Shown in pieces: positions 21,440 to 29,942 of a DNA stretch of 64,000 nt; position 1 is the stretch's first letter, and every line of letters starts with the position of its first letter. The translations under genes and the position numbers were made by a program. Under the pieces are notes generated by a model. It was given only the letters and a program-made list of their open reading frames with translations. It was not told where the DNA came from and did not search any database. Origin of the DNA: Candidatus Dormiibacterota bacterium (GTDB lineage: Bacteria; Chloroflexota; Dormibacteria; Aeolococcales; Aeolococcaceae); contig DASYKI010000016.1 of the NCBI GenBank assembly GCA_035995545.1, positions 664,599 through 728,598 of the forward strand. Reading direction: 5' to 3'.

Positions 21440-21904
21440 ATGCCCAGCAAGAAGACCATCGACGAGTTCCTGGCGCAGAAGCACGTCGCCTTCGTCGGCG
21501 TCTCGCGCAACCCCAAGCAGTTCGCCAACGCCATCTACCGTGAGCTGTGCGACGGCGGGCGCACGCTGTACCCGGTCAACCGCAACCCCGAGGTCACGAC
21601 CATCGAGGGCGACCGCTCCTACCAGCGCCTCGCCGACGTGCCCGATCCGGTGGACGGGGTCTTCGTCATGGTGGCCGCCAAGGATGCCGCAGACGTGGTG
21701 CGCGAGGCGGTGGCGCGCGGCATCCCGCGCGTCTGGCTGCATCGCGGGCTCGGTCCCAACTCGGTGTCGGCGGAGGCCGTCGCGATCTGCGCGGAGAACG
21801 GCGTCGACGTTGTCGACGGTGCGTGCCCATTGATGTTCGTCGAGCCGGTCGGATTCATCCACCGCATCCATCACGGGCTGGCGCGTCATCGCTTCGCAGC
21901 CTGA
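21440..21904 (+). CDS. CoA-binding domain protein (YccU/YneT-like)
   Basis: 154 aa; VAFVGVSRNPKQFANAIYREL.. Rossmann-like CoA-binding pattern. Confidence 0.7.
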   Translation: MPSKKTIDEFLAQKHVAFVGVSRNPKQFANAIYRELCDGGRTLYPVNRNPEVTTIEGDRSYQRLADVPDPVDGVFVMVAAKDAADVVREAVARGIPRVWLHRGLGPNSVSAEAVAICAENGVDVVDGACPLMFVEPVGFIHRIHHGLARHRFAA

Positions 21905-21931
21905 CCAGCGGCACCCGAGGAGCTCCAGATA

Positions 21932-22534
21932 ATGGCAACAGCAAGCTATCCGGTCCACCTGGACGTCGACTACGATGTGGGGCCTCGCGATCGTTTCACC
22001 GTCCTGCTTCGGGCGGTCGTCGCCATCCCCGCGCTGGTTGTGCTGGCGACGCTCGGCAGCGCCAACAACATCGGCGCGAGCGGGGCCGGCGGCCTCTTCC
22101 TGGCCACCCTGCTGATGCTGGTCTTCCGGCACAAGTACCCGGGGTGGTGGTTCGACTGGACCTTGAACCTGACGCGCTTCTCCAACCGCGTCTTCGCCTA
22201 CCTCCTGCTCTTGCGCGACGAGTATCCGTCCACGGATGACGAGCAGCACGTGCACCTGGTTCTTCCCGATCCGCAGGGCGGCGCGGCACTCAATCGGTGG
22301 CTGCCCCTGGTCAAGTGGCTGCTCGTCATTCCTCACCTCGTCGTCCTGGTGGTGTTGTGGGCCGCCGCCGTGGTGGTGACCATCGTGTCCTGGGTGGCGA
22401 TCCTGGTGACCGGCCACCACCCGCGTTCGCTCCACGACTTCGTCGTCGGCGTGTTCCGCTGGAGCCTGCGCGTCGAGGCCTATGCCTTCGCACTGGTGAC
22501 CGACGTGTATCCGCCGTTCCGCCTCGCGGAGTGA
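21932..22534 (+). CDS. DUF4389-like membrane protein
   Basis: 200 aa, two hydrophobic segments with conserved YPGWWFDWTLNLTRF / IPHLVVLVVLW pattern. Confidence 0.55.
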   Translation: MATASYPVHLDVDYDVGPRDRFTVLLRAVVAIPALVVLATLGSANNIGASGAGGLFLATLLMLVFRHKYPGWWFDWTLNLTRFSNRVFAYLLLLRDEYPSTDDEQHVHLVLPDPQGGAALNRWLPLVKWLLVIPHLVVLVVLWAAAVVVTIVSWVAILVTGHHPRSLHDFVVGVFRWSLRVEAYAFALVTDVYPPFRLAE

Positions 22535-22808
22535 CGGTCTGCCGAGGCTGCGTGGCGCGCCGTCACACCTCGCCAGCGCATCCTCGAGTCGCTCGTCGCC
22601 ACCCCACCGGGCCGTCAGGTCGTCACGGAACGATCAGCCGGTGGCGGCGAACGGTGACGCTGTGCTCGGTCACCCGACTCAGCATCGCCAGGTGCCATGC
22701 AGCGGCGCCAGAGGCCAACGATGGCAACACGTCCGCGCCGTCGCGGCACCACGGTCCCAACGCCCTCGGCCATTCGCCTCTGTCCGGTGGGACCGGCACC
22801 GGGTCAGC

Positions 22809-23336
22809 ATGTGGTGCATCGAGGACCACATGAGGACGATCGACATGACCGCCACCGGCGACACCGCCCTGCGCCCAGCGCTCAGCGTCTGGGAGGAGAA
22901 CCTGTTCTCGCACTTCGTCGAGCACACCGACCAGGAGACGGCCGTCCTTGCCGTCTACGAAGATCTGGCCGAGAGCAGCCCCAACGAGTTTGTCCGCTAC
23001 CTCGCGGCGCTGCTGCTCGAAGACGAGCGGCGCCACCACCGCATCTTCACCCAGCTCGCCAACACGATGGTCTCGCAGGCGAACCTGATCAGCCGCCCGG
23101 ATGACGTGCCGTCGCTCACCCCCGCCAAGGACGGTGGTGAACTGCGGGCGCTGACCGAGCGCCTGATCGCGCTGGAGGAGGACGACAAGACCCAGCTGGC
23201 CCGCCTGCGCAAGGAGTTGAAGCCGGTGCGTGACACCACCATCTGGGACCTGCTGGTGCAGCTCGCCGAGCGGGACACTGAGAAGCACCTGCTCGTCCTT
23301 CGCTTCATCGCCGGCGTCGCCAAGGGCAGCCCCTGA
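22809..23336 (+). CDS. hypothetical protein
   Basis: Protein-like composition (..EENLFSHFVEHTDQETAVLAVYEDLAESSPNEFVRYLAALLLEDERRHH..). The start is ambiguous among ATGs at 22809, 22830 and 22845, and the upstream part of the track ORF is low-complexity. Confidence 0.4.
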   Translation: MWCIEDHMRTIDMTATGDTALRPALSVWEENLFSHFVEHTDQETAVLAVYEDLAESSPNEFVRYLAALLLEDERRHHRIFTQLANTMVSQANLISRPDDVPSLTPAKDGGELRALTERLIALEEDDKTQLARLRKELKPVRDTTIWDLLVQLAERDTEKHLLVLRFIAGVAKGSP

Positions 23337-23372
23337 CCCGCCTCGAGCGTCTTGCGGGAGCGTAGGGAACCG

Positions 23373-24032
23373 ATGACCACCCGGAGACGCGCGCTCACCG
23401 TGTGCCTGGTCGCGCTGGTTGCCACCACCGCCGCGTTCGGCCGCTCCAAGCTGCTGCGCTGGGGTGCCACGGACGACGAGGTCGGTGAGCACCTGCCCGG
23501 CGACGACCTGGTCGCCGATCCGCATCTCGTGGCCACCCGCGCGATCACCATCCACCGGCCGGCGAGGGACGTGTGGCCGTGGGTGGCTCAACTCGGCCAT
23601 GGCAAGGCGGGCTTCTACAGCTACGACGTCCTCGAGAACCTGGTTGGGTGCCACATCCACAACGCGAACCGGATCGTTCCTGCCTGGCAAGAGATTCGCG
23701 TCGGTGATGACGTGCGTCTCGCTCCGGAAGTCCGCCTCGACGTGCGCATCGCCGACCCATCAGGCGCCCTGGTCCTGGGCGGAGGCGTACCGATGGGCAA
23801 TGCTGGGCCACTCTTCGACTTCAGCTGGGCGTTCGCGCTGCGCGACGCAGGCGAGGGTGGCACCCGCCTCCTCATCCGGGAACGCTATCGCTATCTGCAT
23901 CCGTGGGTGCGACTGATGGTGGAGCCCGTCGAGGTGGTGAGTTTCGTGATGACCCAGAAGATGCTGCGCGGCATCAGGGACCGAGCCGAAGCGACAGGAT
24001 CGTCACCACAGAACGCTGCTACAAGTCCGTGA
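23373..24032 (+). CDS. SRPBCC-like (polyketide cyclase/START-fold) protein with N-terminal signal/TM segment
   Basis: ATG 23373 MTTRRRALTVCLVALVATTAAFG..; size and pattern are consistent with the SRPBCC family; low certainty. Confidence 0.5.
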   Translation: MTTRRRALTVCLVALVATTAAFGRSKLLRWGATDDEVGEHLPGDDLVADPHLVATRAITIHRPARDVWPWVAQLGHGKAGFYSYDVLENLVGCHIHNANRIVPAWQEIRVGDDVRLAPEVRLDVRIADPSGALVLGGGVPMGNAGPLFDFSWAFALRDAGEGGTRLLIRERYRYLHPWVRLMVEPVEVVSFVMTQKMLRGIRDRAEATGSSPQNAATSP

Positions 24033-24036
24033 CCTG

Positions 24037-24051
24037 CTGACCTCAGGTCAG
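24037..24051. terminator. palindrome CTGACCT-C-AGGTCAG immediately after the SRPBCC-like gene stop
   Basis: Read from the sequence; the terminator or operator role is an inference. Confidence 0.3.
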
Positions 24052-24110
24052 TGGTTTGGTCGCGATCTCGTTCCCGAGCGTGCGTCACCGCCTCGTCACC
24101 GCTAGGGAGC

Positions 24111-24136
24111 AAGGTCCGCGCGACGAGCGGGACCTT
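24111..24136 (+). promoter_or_regulatory. inverted repeat AAGGTCCGC-N8-GCGGGACCTT, 55-80 bp upstream of the HD-GYP gene
   Basis: Read from the sequence; the same AAGGTCC(C) word occurs twice in the 19615-19660 cluster. Confidence 0.3.
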
Positions 24137-24191
24137 CGTACGTGGTGAGCAGGCGTTCGGCCCTCGTCACGACAAGAAGCCTGTCACCACC

Positions 24192-25613
24192 ATGGCCCAA
24201 ATGCCAAGAGCCCTGGAGACATCACGCGATGAGCCGCCGCTGACGATTGCACGTCCGGAGATCGACTACCAGCTCATCGCGGAGGCGATCCCCCACATCG
24301 TCTGGCTGGCGACGCCGGACGGGTCCATCGAGTACGTCAACCGCCGCGCAAGCGACTACACGGGGCTGTCGCGCGAGGTCACGTATGGATGGGGTTGGCT
24401 CTCCATGGTCCACCCGGAAGATCGCGCCCGTGTCCAAGCGGCATGGGAGCGCGCGACCCGAACCGAGACTCCCTACGAGATCGAGTACCGGCTTCGCCGC
24501 GCCGACGCAACCTACCGGTGGTTCGCGTTTCGCAGCCTGCCCGCTCGCGACGCGGATGGACACACCGTTCGCTGGATCGGTACGGCGACCGACATCCAGG
24601 ACGCCAAACGGCTGAAGGACGAGTTGCGCAGGGCCAACCGGCAGAACCTCGAAACCATCACTCTGCTGGAGACCCTCCAGGCCACCGCACCGTTGGGCCT
24701 GGGCTTCATCGACCGAGACTTCCGCATCGTGCAGCTCAACGACCGGTTGGCAGCGGTCACCGGCGGATCCGCCGCTGACCACGTCGGCAAGAAGGTGCCG
24801 GACGTCGTGCCTGCGCTCTGGCCGACGCTTGAACCTCTCTACCGGCGCGTCCTGAAGGGGGAGCCGATCCTCAACCGGGAGATGAGCGGTCCGTCCGCCG
24901 AGGACGGCGGTGGCCGCCACAGCTGGCTCAGCAGCTATTACCCCGTGCGGGTTGGCGATGAGGTGATCGGTATCGGCGTCGTCGTCGTGGACATCACCGA
25001 ACGCAAGCGAGCCCAGCAGGCGCGTGACGAGTTGACCCGGTCCGCGGTGGGGGCGATCGTGGCCATCGTCGAAGCACGCGACCCGTACACAGCAGGCCAC
25101 CAGAGGAGGGTGGGCGAGCTCTCGGCAGCCATCGGCGCCGAGATGGGCCTGGACCAGTTCGCGATCGAGGGCATCCGCCTTGCCGGGACCATCCACGACA
25201 TCGGCAAGATCCGCACCCCGGCCGAGATCCTGACACGCCCTGGGAAGCTGCGGCCGGCCGAATACGAGCTGGTCAAGAGCCACAGCCGCGACGGACACGA
25301 CATCGTCGCGGACATCGACTTTCCCTGGCCGGTGCCCCAGATGATCCTGCAGCATCACGAGCGCTGCGATGGGAGTGGCTACCCGGACGGCTTGCGACGC
25401 GACGAGATCACTCTGGGTGCCCGCATCATCGCCGTCGCCGATGTCGTCGACGCGATGACGTTACCGCGTCCATACCGGGTGGGCCTCGGGCTCCCCGCCG
25501 CCATCGAGGAGCTCAGCAACGGTCGCGGGAGCCTGTTCGACCCGGAGGCGGTCGACGCGCTGCTTCGTCTCTGCAAGGAGGGCCGAGTGTGTTTCGACCG
25601 GCCATCAGCGTGA
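24192..25613 (+). CDS. PAS/PAC-PAS sensor fused to HD-GYP domain (putative c-di-GMP phosphodiesterase)
   Basis: Two PAS-like modules (IVWLATPDGSIEYVNRR.., LGLGFIDRDFRIVQLND..) then HD (AGHQRRVGELS..IHDIGKI) and GYP (CDGSGYPDGL) motifs. Start at ATG 24192. Confidence 0.75.
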   Translation: MAQMPRALETSRDEPPLTIARPEIDYQLIAEAIPHIVWLATPDGSIEYVNRRASDYTGLSREVTYGWGWLSMVHPEDRARVQAAWERATRTETPYEIEYRLRRADATYRWFAFRSLPARDADGHTVRWIGTATDIQDAKRLKDELRRANRQNLETITLLETLQATAPLGLGFIDRDFRIVQLNDRLAAVTGGSAADHVGKKVPDVVPALWPTLEPLYRRVLKGEPILNREMSGPSAEDGGGRHSWLSSYYPVRVGDEVIGIGVVVVDITERKRAQQARDELTRSAVGAIVAIVEARDPYTAGHQRRVGELSAAIGAEMGLDQFAIEGIRLAGTIHDIGKIRTPAEILTRPGKLRPAEYELVKSHSRDGHDIVADIDFPWPVPQMILQHHERCDGSGYPDGLRRDEITLGARIIAVADVVDAMTLPRPYRVGLGLPAAIEELSNGRGSLFDPEAVDALLRLCKEGRVCFDRPSA

Positions 25614-25650
25614 CGCACTCTGCGCTGATGCGCCTCCGTCTGGCTGGGAT

Positions 25651-26611
25651 ATGACCGCACCCACCACGATCGGTGGCCACCTTCTGCAGCGCGACCCGCC
25701 GGGACGCCTGTACGTTCGGCACTACGCGCTCCTCGGAGCGGCACCCTCGCGCATGGCGGCAGCGGCTGCCCTCGCATACGTGGTGGCGACGCCCTTCGGG
25801 CCGCACCGCAAGCTCCTCGACATCTTCATGGGCGGTGCCGTCTCCTCAACGTCCTCGTCGCTCTGGTCGTGGGAAAGGTGGTCAGCAGTCGATGGGAGAC
25901 GTACTTCTTCGACGCATGGAGCACAGGCAGCCTGCTGCTGGCGTTCGCCTGGGCGCAGATCGGCGGCGGCGCAAAGCCCGTTGGGGTGGCTGCTCATCCT
26001 CCCCGTCATCTACGCGTCAATCAACGACCCGGTTGCCCACACGGCGGTCGTCGCGGTCGCCGCGCTGGCCGGTGCGCTCGGGCTCATGGCTACGGGCAAC
26101 GCATGGGGCAGCGAGGGGTGGTTCCGCGTCCTGTTCATCGCAACCTTCGACGTCATGGCGGTCGCCTCGGCCGTCAACCGCCCTGCAGCTGGTGCCGCAT
26201 CAGATCGACCCGGCGCCGCTGGGTACGGCGACCCACATCGTGCTTCCGCTCGCGCCTGACCTCCTCGCTCTGGTGGGACCGAGGGTGCTGCACGCTCTGG
26301 CCGCCGATCAGCTCGTCGATCGCATCAACGAGCTGGAGGTTGAGGCCGCCGCGGAGTTCGTGTACCAGCGCCCTCCGCGGACTTCGGGGAGCTGGTCGCC
26401 CGCCGCTCCGGCGTCGGTGCCGCGAGGCCCTGACCACCCGAGGGGTCGGATCGCTCGACTGCCGTGTTGCTGCGCGCCGCAGGCCGGGGCCGTCGCCCGT
26501 CGCGGCGAGGTGGGGGAGGGGCAGGTTGAGGTGGGCGCCGGAGCGTGTGTTCAACGGCAGCACTCTCGGTCCGCCGCCATCCAGGCTCATCCGCGATGCA
26601 GGAAGCGTTGA
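25651..26611 (+). pseudogene. degraded gene for a membrane-anchored protein (multiple frameshifts)
   Basis: Membrane-helix-like stretches continue across three frames (..LLNVLVALVVGKVVSSRWETYFFDAW.. / ..LGWLLILPVIYASINDPVAHTAVVAVAALAG..FRVLFIATFDVMAVASAV.. / ..LVGPRVLHALAADQLVDRINELEVEAAAEFVY..); no intact ORF. Confidence 0.3.
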
Positions 26612-26715
26612 CCGACGGCGGCGTTGGACAAACGTATGATCGGTGGCGTCATCGCCCCTCCGGCGAGCTCGGAAACGGCATGACGGCACAGTGCGGCGAA
26701 CCCCCGTTCCAGCCC

Positions 26716-26765
26716 ACGCCTTGGTAAGGCGTAGGCCGTGGGTTCGATTCCCACCTTGGGCTCCA
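26716..26765 (+). repeat. 50-bp direct repeat, copy 2 (tRNA-Thr 3' fragment without the 5' half) - candidate attR
   Basis: Exact 50/50 match to 11365-11414 in the same orientation. The upstream sequence does not form the tRNA 5' half, so this is a partial tRNA copy. Confidence 0.8.
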
Positions 26766-26793
26766 GATCGCGTTGGCAAGCTTCTGCCTGGCA

Positions 26794-26829
26794 TTGACGC
26801 CCGTGCCAGCCAGCCGCTATGGTCTGACC
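26794..26829 (+). promoter_or_regulatory. sigma70-like promoter (-35 TTGACG, 18-bp spacer, -10 TATGGT) overlapped by palindrome GGTCTGACC (candidate GntR operator) - P1, upstream of the VOC-cupin-hyuAB-ligase unit
   Basis: gcaTTGACGcccgtgccagccagccgcTATGGTCTGACCatcagtctgacc read from the sequence. Confidence 0.5.
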
Positions 26830-26865
26830 ATCAGTCTGACCGTCAACGTTGGGGCTTGTTTGTTC

Positions 26866-27351
26866 ATGCGGATCCTGGGCATGAATCATGCCGTTCTCTA
26901 CGTTCGCGACGCGCAGGTGACCGCGGCGTTCTACGAGGGCCTCCTCGATTTCTCGCGGGTCATCGACGACCCGCGCTTCGTCTTCATGCGAGCCAACGCC
27001 TCGCCCAACCACCACGACGTCGCCTTCTTCACCGTCGGAGCGCAGGCCGCTGACTCCGGCGCCGGACACAGCAGTGTCGGCCTCTACCACGTCGCCTGGG
27101 AGGTGCCCACCCTCGACGACCTCGTCGCCTGCAGGGACCGCCTGGTCGCGGCGGGTGCGCTGGTGGGAGCGAGCGACCACGGCGCCAACAAGTCCCTGTA
27201 CGCGAAGGATCCTGACGGCCTCGAGTTCGAGGTCATGTGGCTGGTGCCCGCCGATCGGTGGGGCGAGGAGGAGCACGAGGCGATCATCCGCCCGCTCCTC
27301 CTCGACGACGAGGTGGCCAGGGACCGCGAGCTCAGTGGGAGAGTGGGATGA
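26866..27351 (+). CDS. VOC (glyoxalase/bleomycin-resistance/dioxygenase) family protein
   Basis: MRILGMNHAVLYVRDAQVTAAFYEGLLDF..HHDVAFF..GLYHVAWEV..GASDHGANKSLYAKDPDGLEFEV - paired beta-alpha-beta-beta-beta modules. Confidence 0.6.
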   Translation: MRILGMNHAVLYVRDAQVTAAFYEGLLDFSRVIDDPRFVFMRANASPNHHDVAFFTVGAQAADSGAGHSSVGLYHVAWEVPTLDDLVACRDRLVAAGALVGASDHGANKSLYAKDPDGLEFEVMWLVPADRWGEEEHEAIIRPLLLDDEVARDRELSGRVG

Positions 27352-27773
27352 ACCCCGTCACCCGGGGTCCGTCCCAGCCCGGCCTGGACGGACGTGACGC
27401 GGCGGACGGTGCGGCGGAGCGCCACGTCTGGCTGGCATCGGACGCGGACGCCCACGTCGAGTCGTCGCCGGGTTTGCGCCGCCGCATCCTCACCGGCCGG
27501 GACATGATGGTCGCCATGTGGCGGATCCGGGCGGGGTCGGGGCCGACGCCCTACGGCAACCACGCCGGCAACGAGCAGTTCGGCATCATCCTGCGCGGCT
27601 CGCTCGACTTCCGAATCAACGGTGAGCGGCGCGTGCTCGGGCCTGGCGACGTGTACTGGGCGCCGCCCGGCTGCGACCACGGCGACAGCCGCTTCGCCGG
27701 CGACGCCGACTCCGACGAGTGCTGGATCGCCGACATCTTCTGTCCGCCACGCGAGGACTACCGCAATGGCTGA
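27348..27773 (+). CDS. cupin-domain protein
   Basis: ATG 27348 overlaps the VOC stop (ATGA). The cupin barrel has the GNHAGNEQFGIILRGSLDFRINGERRVLGPGDVYWAPPGCDHG motif pattern. Confidence 0.6.
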   Translation: MNPVTRGPSQPGLDGRDAADGAAERHVWLASDADAHVESSPGLRRRILTGRDMMVAMWRIRAGSGPTPYGNHAGNEQFGIILRGSLDFRINGERRVLGPGDVYWAPPGCDHGDSRFAGDADSDECWIADIFCPPREDYRNG

Positions 27774-27810
27774 GTTGCGCAATGGCTGAGTCGTGCAATG
27801 GCTGACTGGC
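27763..27810. repeat. 3 tandem copies of a 16-bp unit (CAATGGCTGAGTTGCG / CAATGGCTGAGTCGTG / CAATGGCTGACTGGCG) spanning the cupin stop and hyuA start
   Basis: Read from the sequence. Copy 1 holds the cupin stop (AAT GGC TGA). Copy 3 holds the hyuA start (ATG GCT GAC). Each of copies 1 and 2 also contains an ATG followed by an in-frame TGA 7 codons later. Confidence 0.85.
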
Positions 27811-29924
27811 GCCTGGCCGTCGACATCGGCGGCACCTTCACCGACGTGGTGCTGCTCGACGCGGCGTCGGGCCGCGTGCTCACCGAGAAGACGCTGACCA
27901 CACCCGCGGACCCGCTGCAGGGCCTGCGGCGCGGTGTCGACGCACTGCTGTCGCGCGCCGCGGTCGAGCCCCGCGCCATCTCGCGCGCCACGGTGCACGC
28001 GACCACGCTGGTGACCAACGCGCTGATCGAGGGCAAGGGTGCGCGTACGGCGCTGGTGACCACCAGCGGCTTCGCGGACACCCTGCTGATCCGCAACGAG
28101 CACCGCTACGACATGTACGACCTGCAGATCGAGTTCCCCCCACCACCGGTGCCGCGTGAACTCACCTTCGAGGTCGACGAGCGCACCACCGCTGAGGGCG
28201 AGCTGCGCCGCGTGCCGGATATGGCCGCCGTCGACGAGCTCGCCGAGCAGCTCCGGGCGGCGGACGTGCAGGCGGTCGCCGTCTGCTTTCTGCACAGCTA
28301 CGCAAATCCGGCCAACGAACGCGAGGTCGGTGCGCGCCTGGCCGAGCTGCTGAACGTGCCGGTGTGCGTCTCCAGCGACGTCGCGCCGCAGATCCGCGAG
28401 TATCCCCGCGCGGTGACCACCGCGTGCAACGCGATCACCATGCCACTGGTCAGCCGCTACCTCGGCGAGCTGTCCGCGTGGCTGCAGGAGCGTGGCATCG
28501 GCGCAGGGCTGCAGATCATGCTCAGCAACGGGGGAGTGGTCGCGCCCGACGTCGCCGTGCGCATGCCGGTCCGCCTCGTCGAGTCGGGACCCGCCGCCGG
28601 TGCCCTGGCGGGGGCCTGGTACGCCGAGCGGCTCGGGGAGAGCCGGCTGCTCTGCTTCGACATGGGCGGGACAACGGCCAAGGCGTGCCTGATCGAGGAC
28701 TTCGAGCCGGCCCTGGCGGTCGACTTCGAAGTCGCCCGGGTGTACCGCTTCAAGCGCGGGTCGGGATACCCGGTGACGGTGCCGTCCATCGACCTGGTGG
28801 AGATCGGCGCCGGCGGCGGCAGCCTGGCGCGGGTCGACAGCCTCGGCCTGCTCAAGGTCGGCCCGGAGTCGTCCGGCGCCGAGCCCGGGCCGGCGTGCTA
28901 CGCCCGTGGTGGCACGGCTGCCGCCGTGACCGACTGCGACCTGCTGCTCGGCTATCTCGACCCCGAGCACTTTCTCGGCGGCGACATGCGCCTCGACCGC
29001 ACGGCCGCGGAGCGCGCTGTGGCCGGCCTGGCCGGCGAGCTCGGAGTCACCGTCGAGGCCGCAGCCATGGGCGTCCACGAAGTTGTCAACCAGAACATGG
29101 CCGCCTCGGCGCGCATGCACGCGGTCGAGCGCGGTGTCGATCTTCGCGGTGTCACCCTGCTCGCCTTCGGCGGAGCCGGGCCCGTGCACGCCTGCGGTGT
29201 CGCCGAGCTGCTCCAGGCTGACCGCGTCGTCTTCCCTCCGGACGCCAGCGTGCTGAGCGCCTTCGGCACCCTGGTCACTCCCATGCGCGTCGACCTCGCG
29301 CGCACGCTGGTGCGCCCGCTCGACGGAGTCGACGCTGCCGAGCGTGACGCTCTCCTCGCCGAACTGCGCGACGACGCTGTGCGCTCGCTGCAGAGTGCCG
29401 GCATCGAGGCCGCCGACATCCGGGTGCGCTACGGCGTGGACGCGCGCTACACGGGCCAGGGCCACGAGATCACGGTGTGGCTGGGCGAGGGCGACGGCTG
29501 GCCGGTCGATGCCGCGGAGGCGCAGCGGCGATTCGAGGAGGAGTACGCCCGCGTCTACGGACTCTCCATCGGCGGCATCCCCGTCGAGGTGGTCACCTGG
29601 CGTGTCGCCGTGTACGCGCCGGCGCCTGCACTGGACCGGCGCGGCGCGGCGCCGGCCGGCGAGGCGCAGCAACCCCGGCATCGCCTCGCCCACTTCGGCC
29701 GCAGCTCGCCGCCGGTGGAGGTGCCGGTGTTCGAGCGCCAGGCACTTGCGGTGGGGACGGTGATCGACGGTCCCGCCGTGGTCGAGCAGCGCGACACCAC
29801 CACGGTGCTGCGTCCCGGCTGGCGCGCCACGGTGGCGCCGGACGGGTCGCTCCTCGCCGTCCGTGTCGCCGTGGCCGGTGCCGTTCCCGCGCTCACCGAC
29901 CTCGCCGGCATCGCCGGTGCCTGA
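27798..29924 (+). CDS. hyuA: hydantoinase/oxoprolinase family protein, A subunit (ATP-dependent N-methylhydantoinase A / acetone-carboxylase-beta-like)
   Basis: 708 aa; N-terminal AVDIGGTFTDVVL (ASKHA ATPase fold), conserved Hydantoinase_A core. Confidence 0.85.
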   Translation: MADWRLAVDIGGTFTDVVLLDAASGRVLTEKTLTTPADPLQGLRRGVDALLSRAAVEPRAISRATVHATTLVTNALIEGKGARTALVTTSGFADTLLIRNEHRYDMYDLQIEFPPPPVPRELTFEVDERTTAEGELRRVPDMAAVDELAEQLRAADVQAVAVCFLHSYANPANEREVGARLAELLNVPVCVSSDVAPQIREYPRAVTTACNAITMPLVSRYLGELSAWLQERGIGAGLQIMLSNGGVVAPDVAVRMPVRLVESGPAAGALAGAWYAERLGESRLLCFDMGGTTAKACLIEDFEPALAVDFEVARVYRFKRGSGYPVTVPSIDLVEIGAGGGSLARVDSLGLLKVGPESSGAEPGPACYARGGTAAAVTDCDLLLGYLDPEHFLGGDMRLDRTAAERAVAGLAGELGVTVEAAAMGVHEVVNQNMAASARMHAVERGVDLRGVTLLAFGGAGPVHACGVAELLQADRVVFPPDASVLSAFGTLVTPMRVDLARTLVRPLDGVDAAERDALLAELRDDAVRSLQSAGIEAADIRVRYGVDARYTGQGHEITVWLGEGDGWPVDAAEAQRRFEEEYARVYGLSIGGIPVEVVTWRVAVYAPAPALDRRGAAPAGEAQQPRHRLAHFGRSSPPVEVPVFERQALAVGTVIDGPAVVEQRDTTTVLRPGWRATVAPDGSLLAVRVAVAGAVPALTDLAGIAGA

Positions 29925-29942
29925 CACAAAGGAGTGCGGTCG

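Noticed and set aside
22735-22800. DevR-type box in the 22535-22808 intergenic region (GGTCCCAAC, GTGGGACCGGCACCGGGTC)
   Set aside because: Only single half-site-like words with no properly spaced inverted partner; too weak to call.
25651-26259. Intact 202-aa ORF as a real gene
   Set aside because: Protein-like hydrophobic stretches continue in the other two frames across its length, indicating frameshift decay rather than a genuine 202-aa product.
26716-26765. Second functional tRNA-Thr gene
   Set aside because: Only the anticodon-stem-to-CCA portion is present. The preceding sequence cannot pair as acceptor or D arms, so it is a 3' fragment, not a gene.
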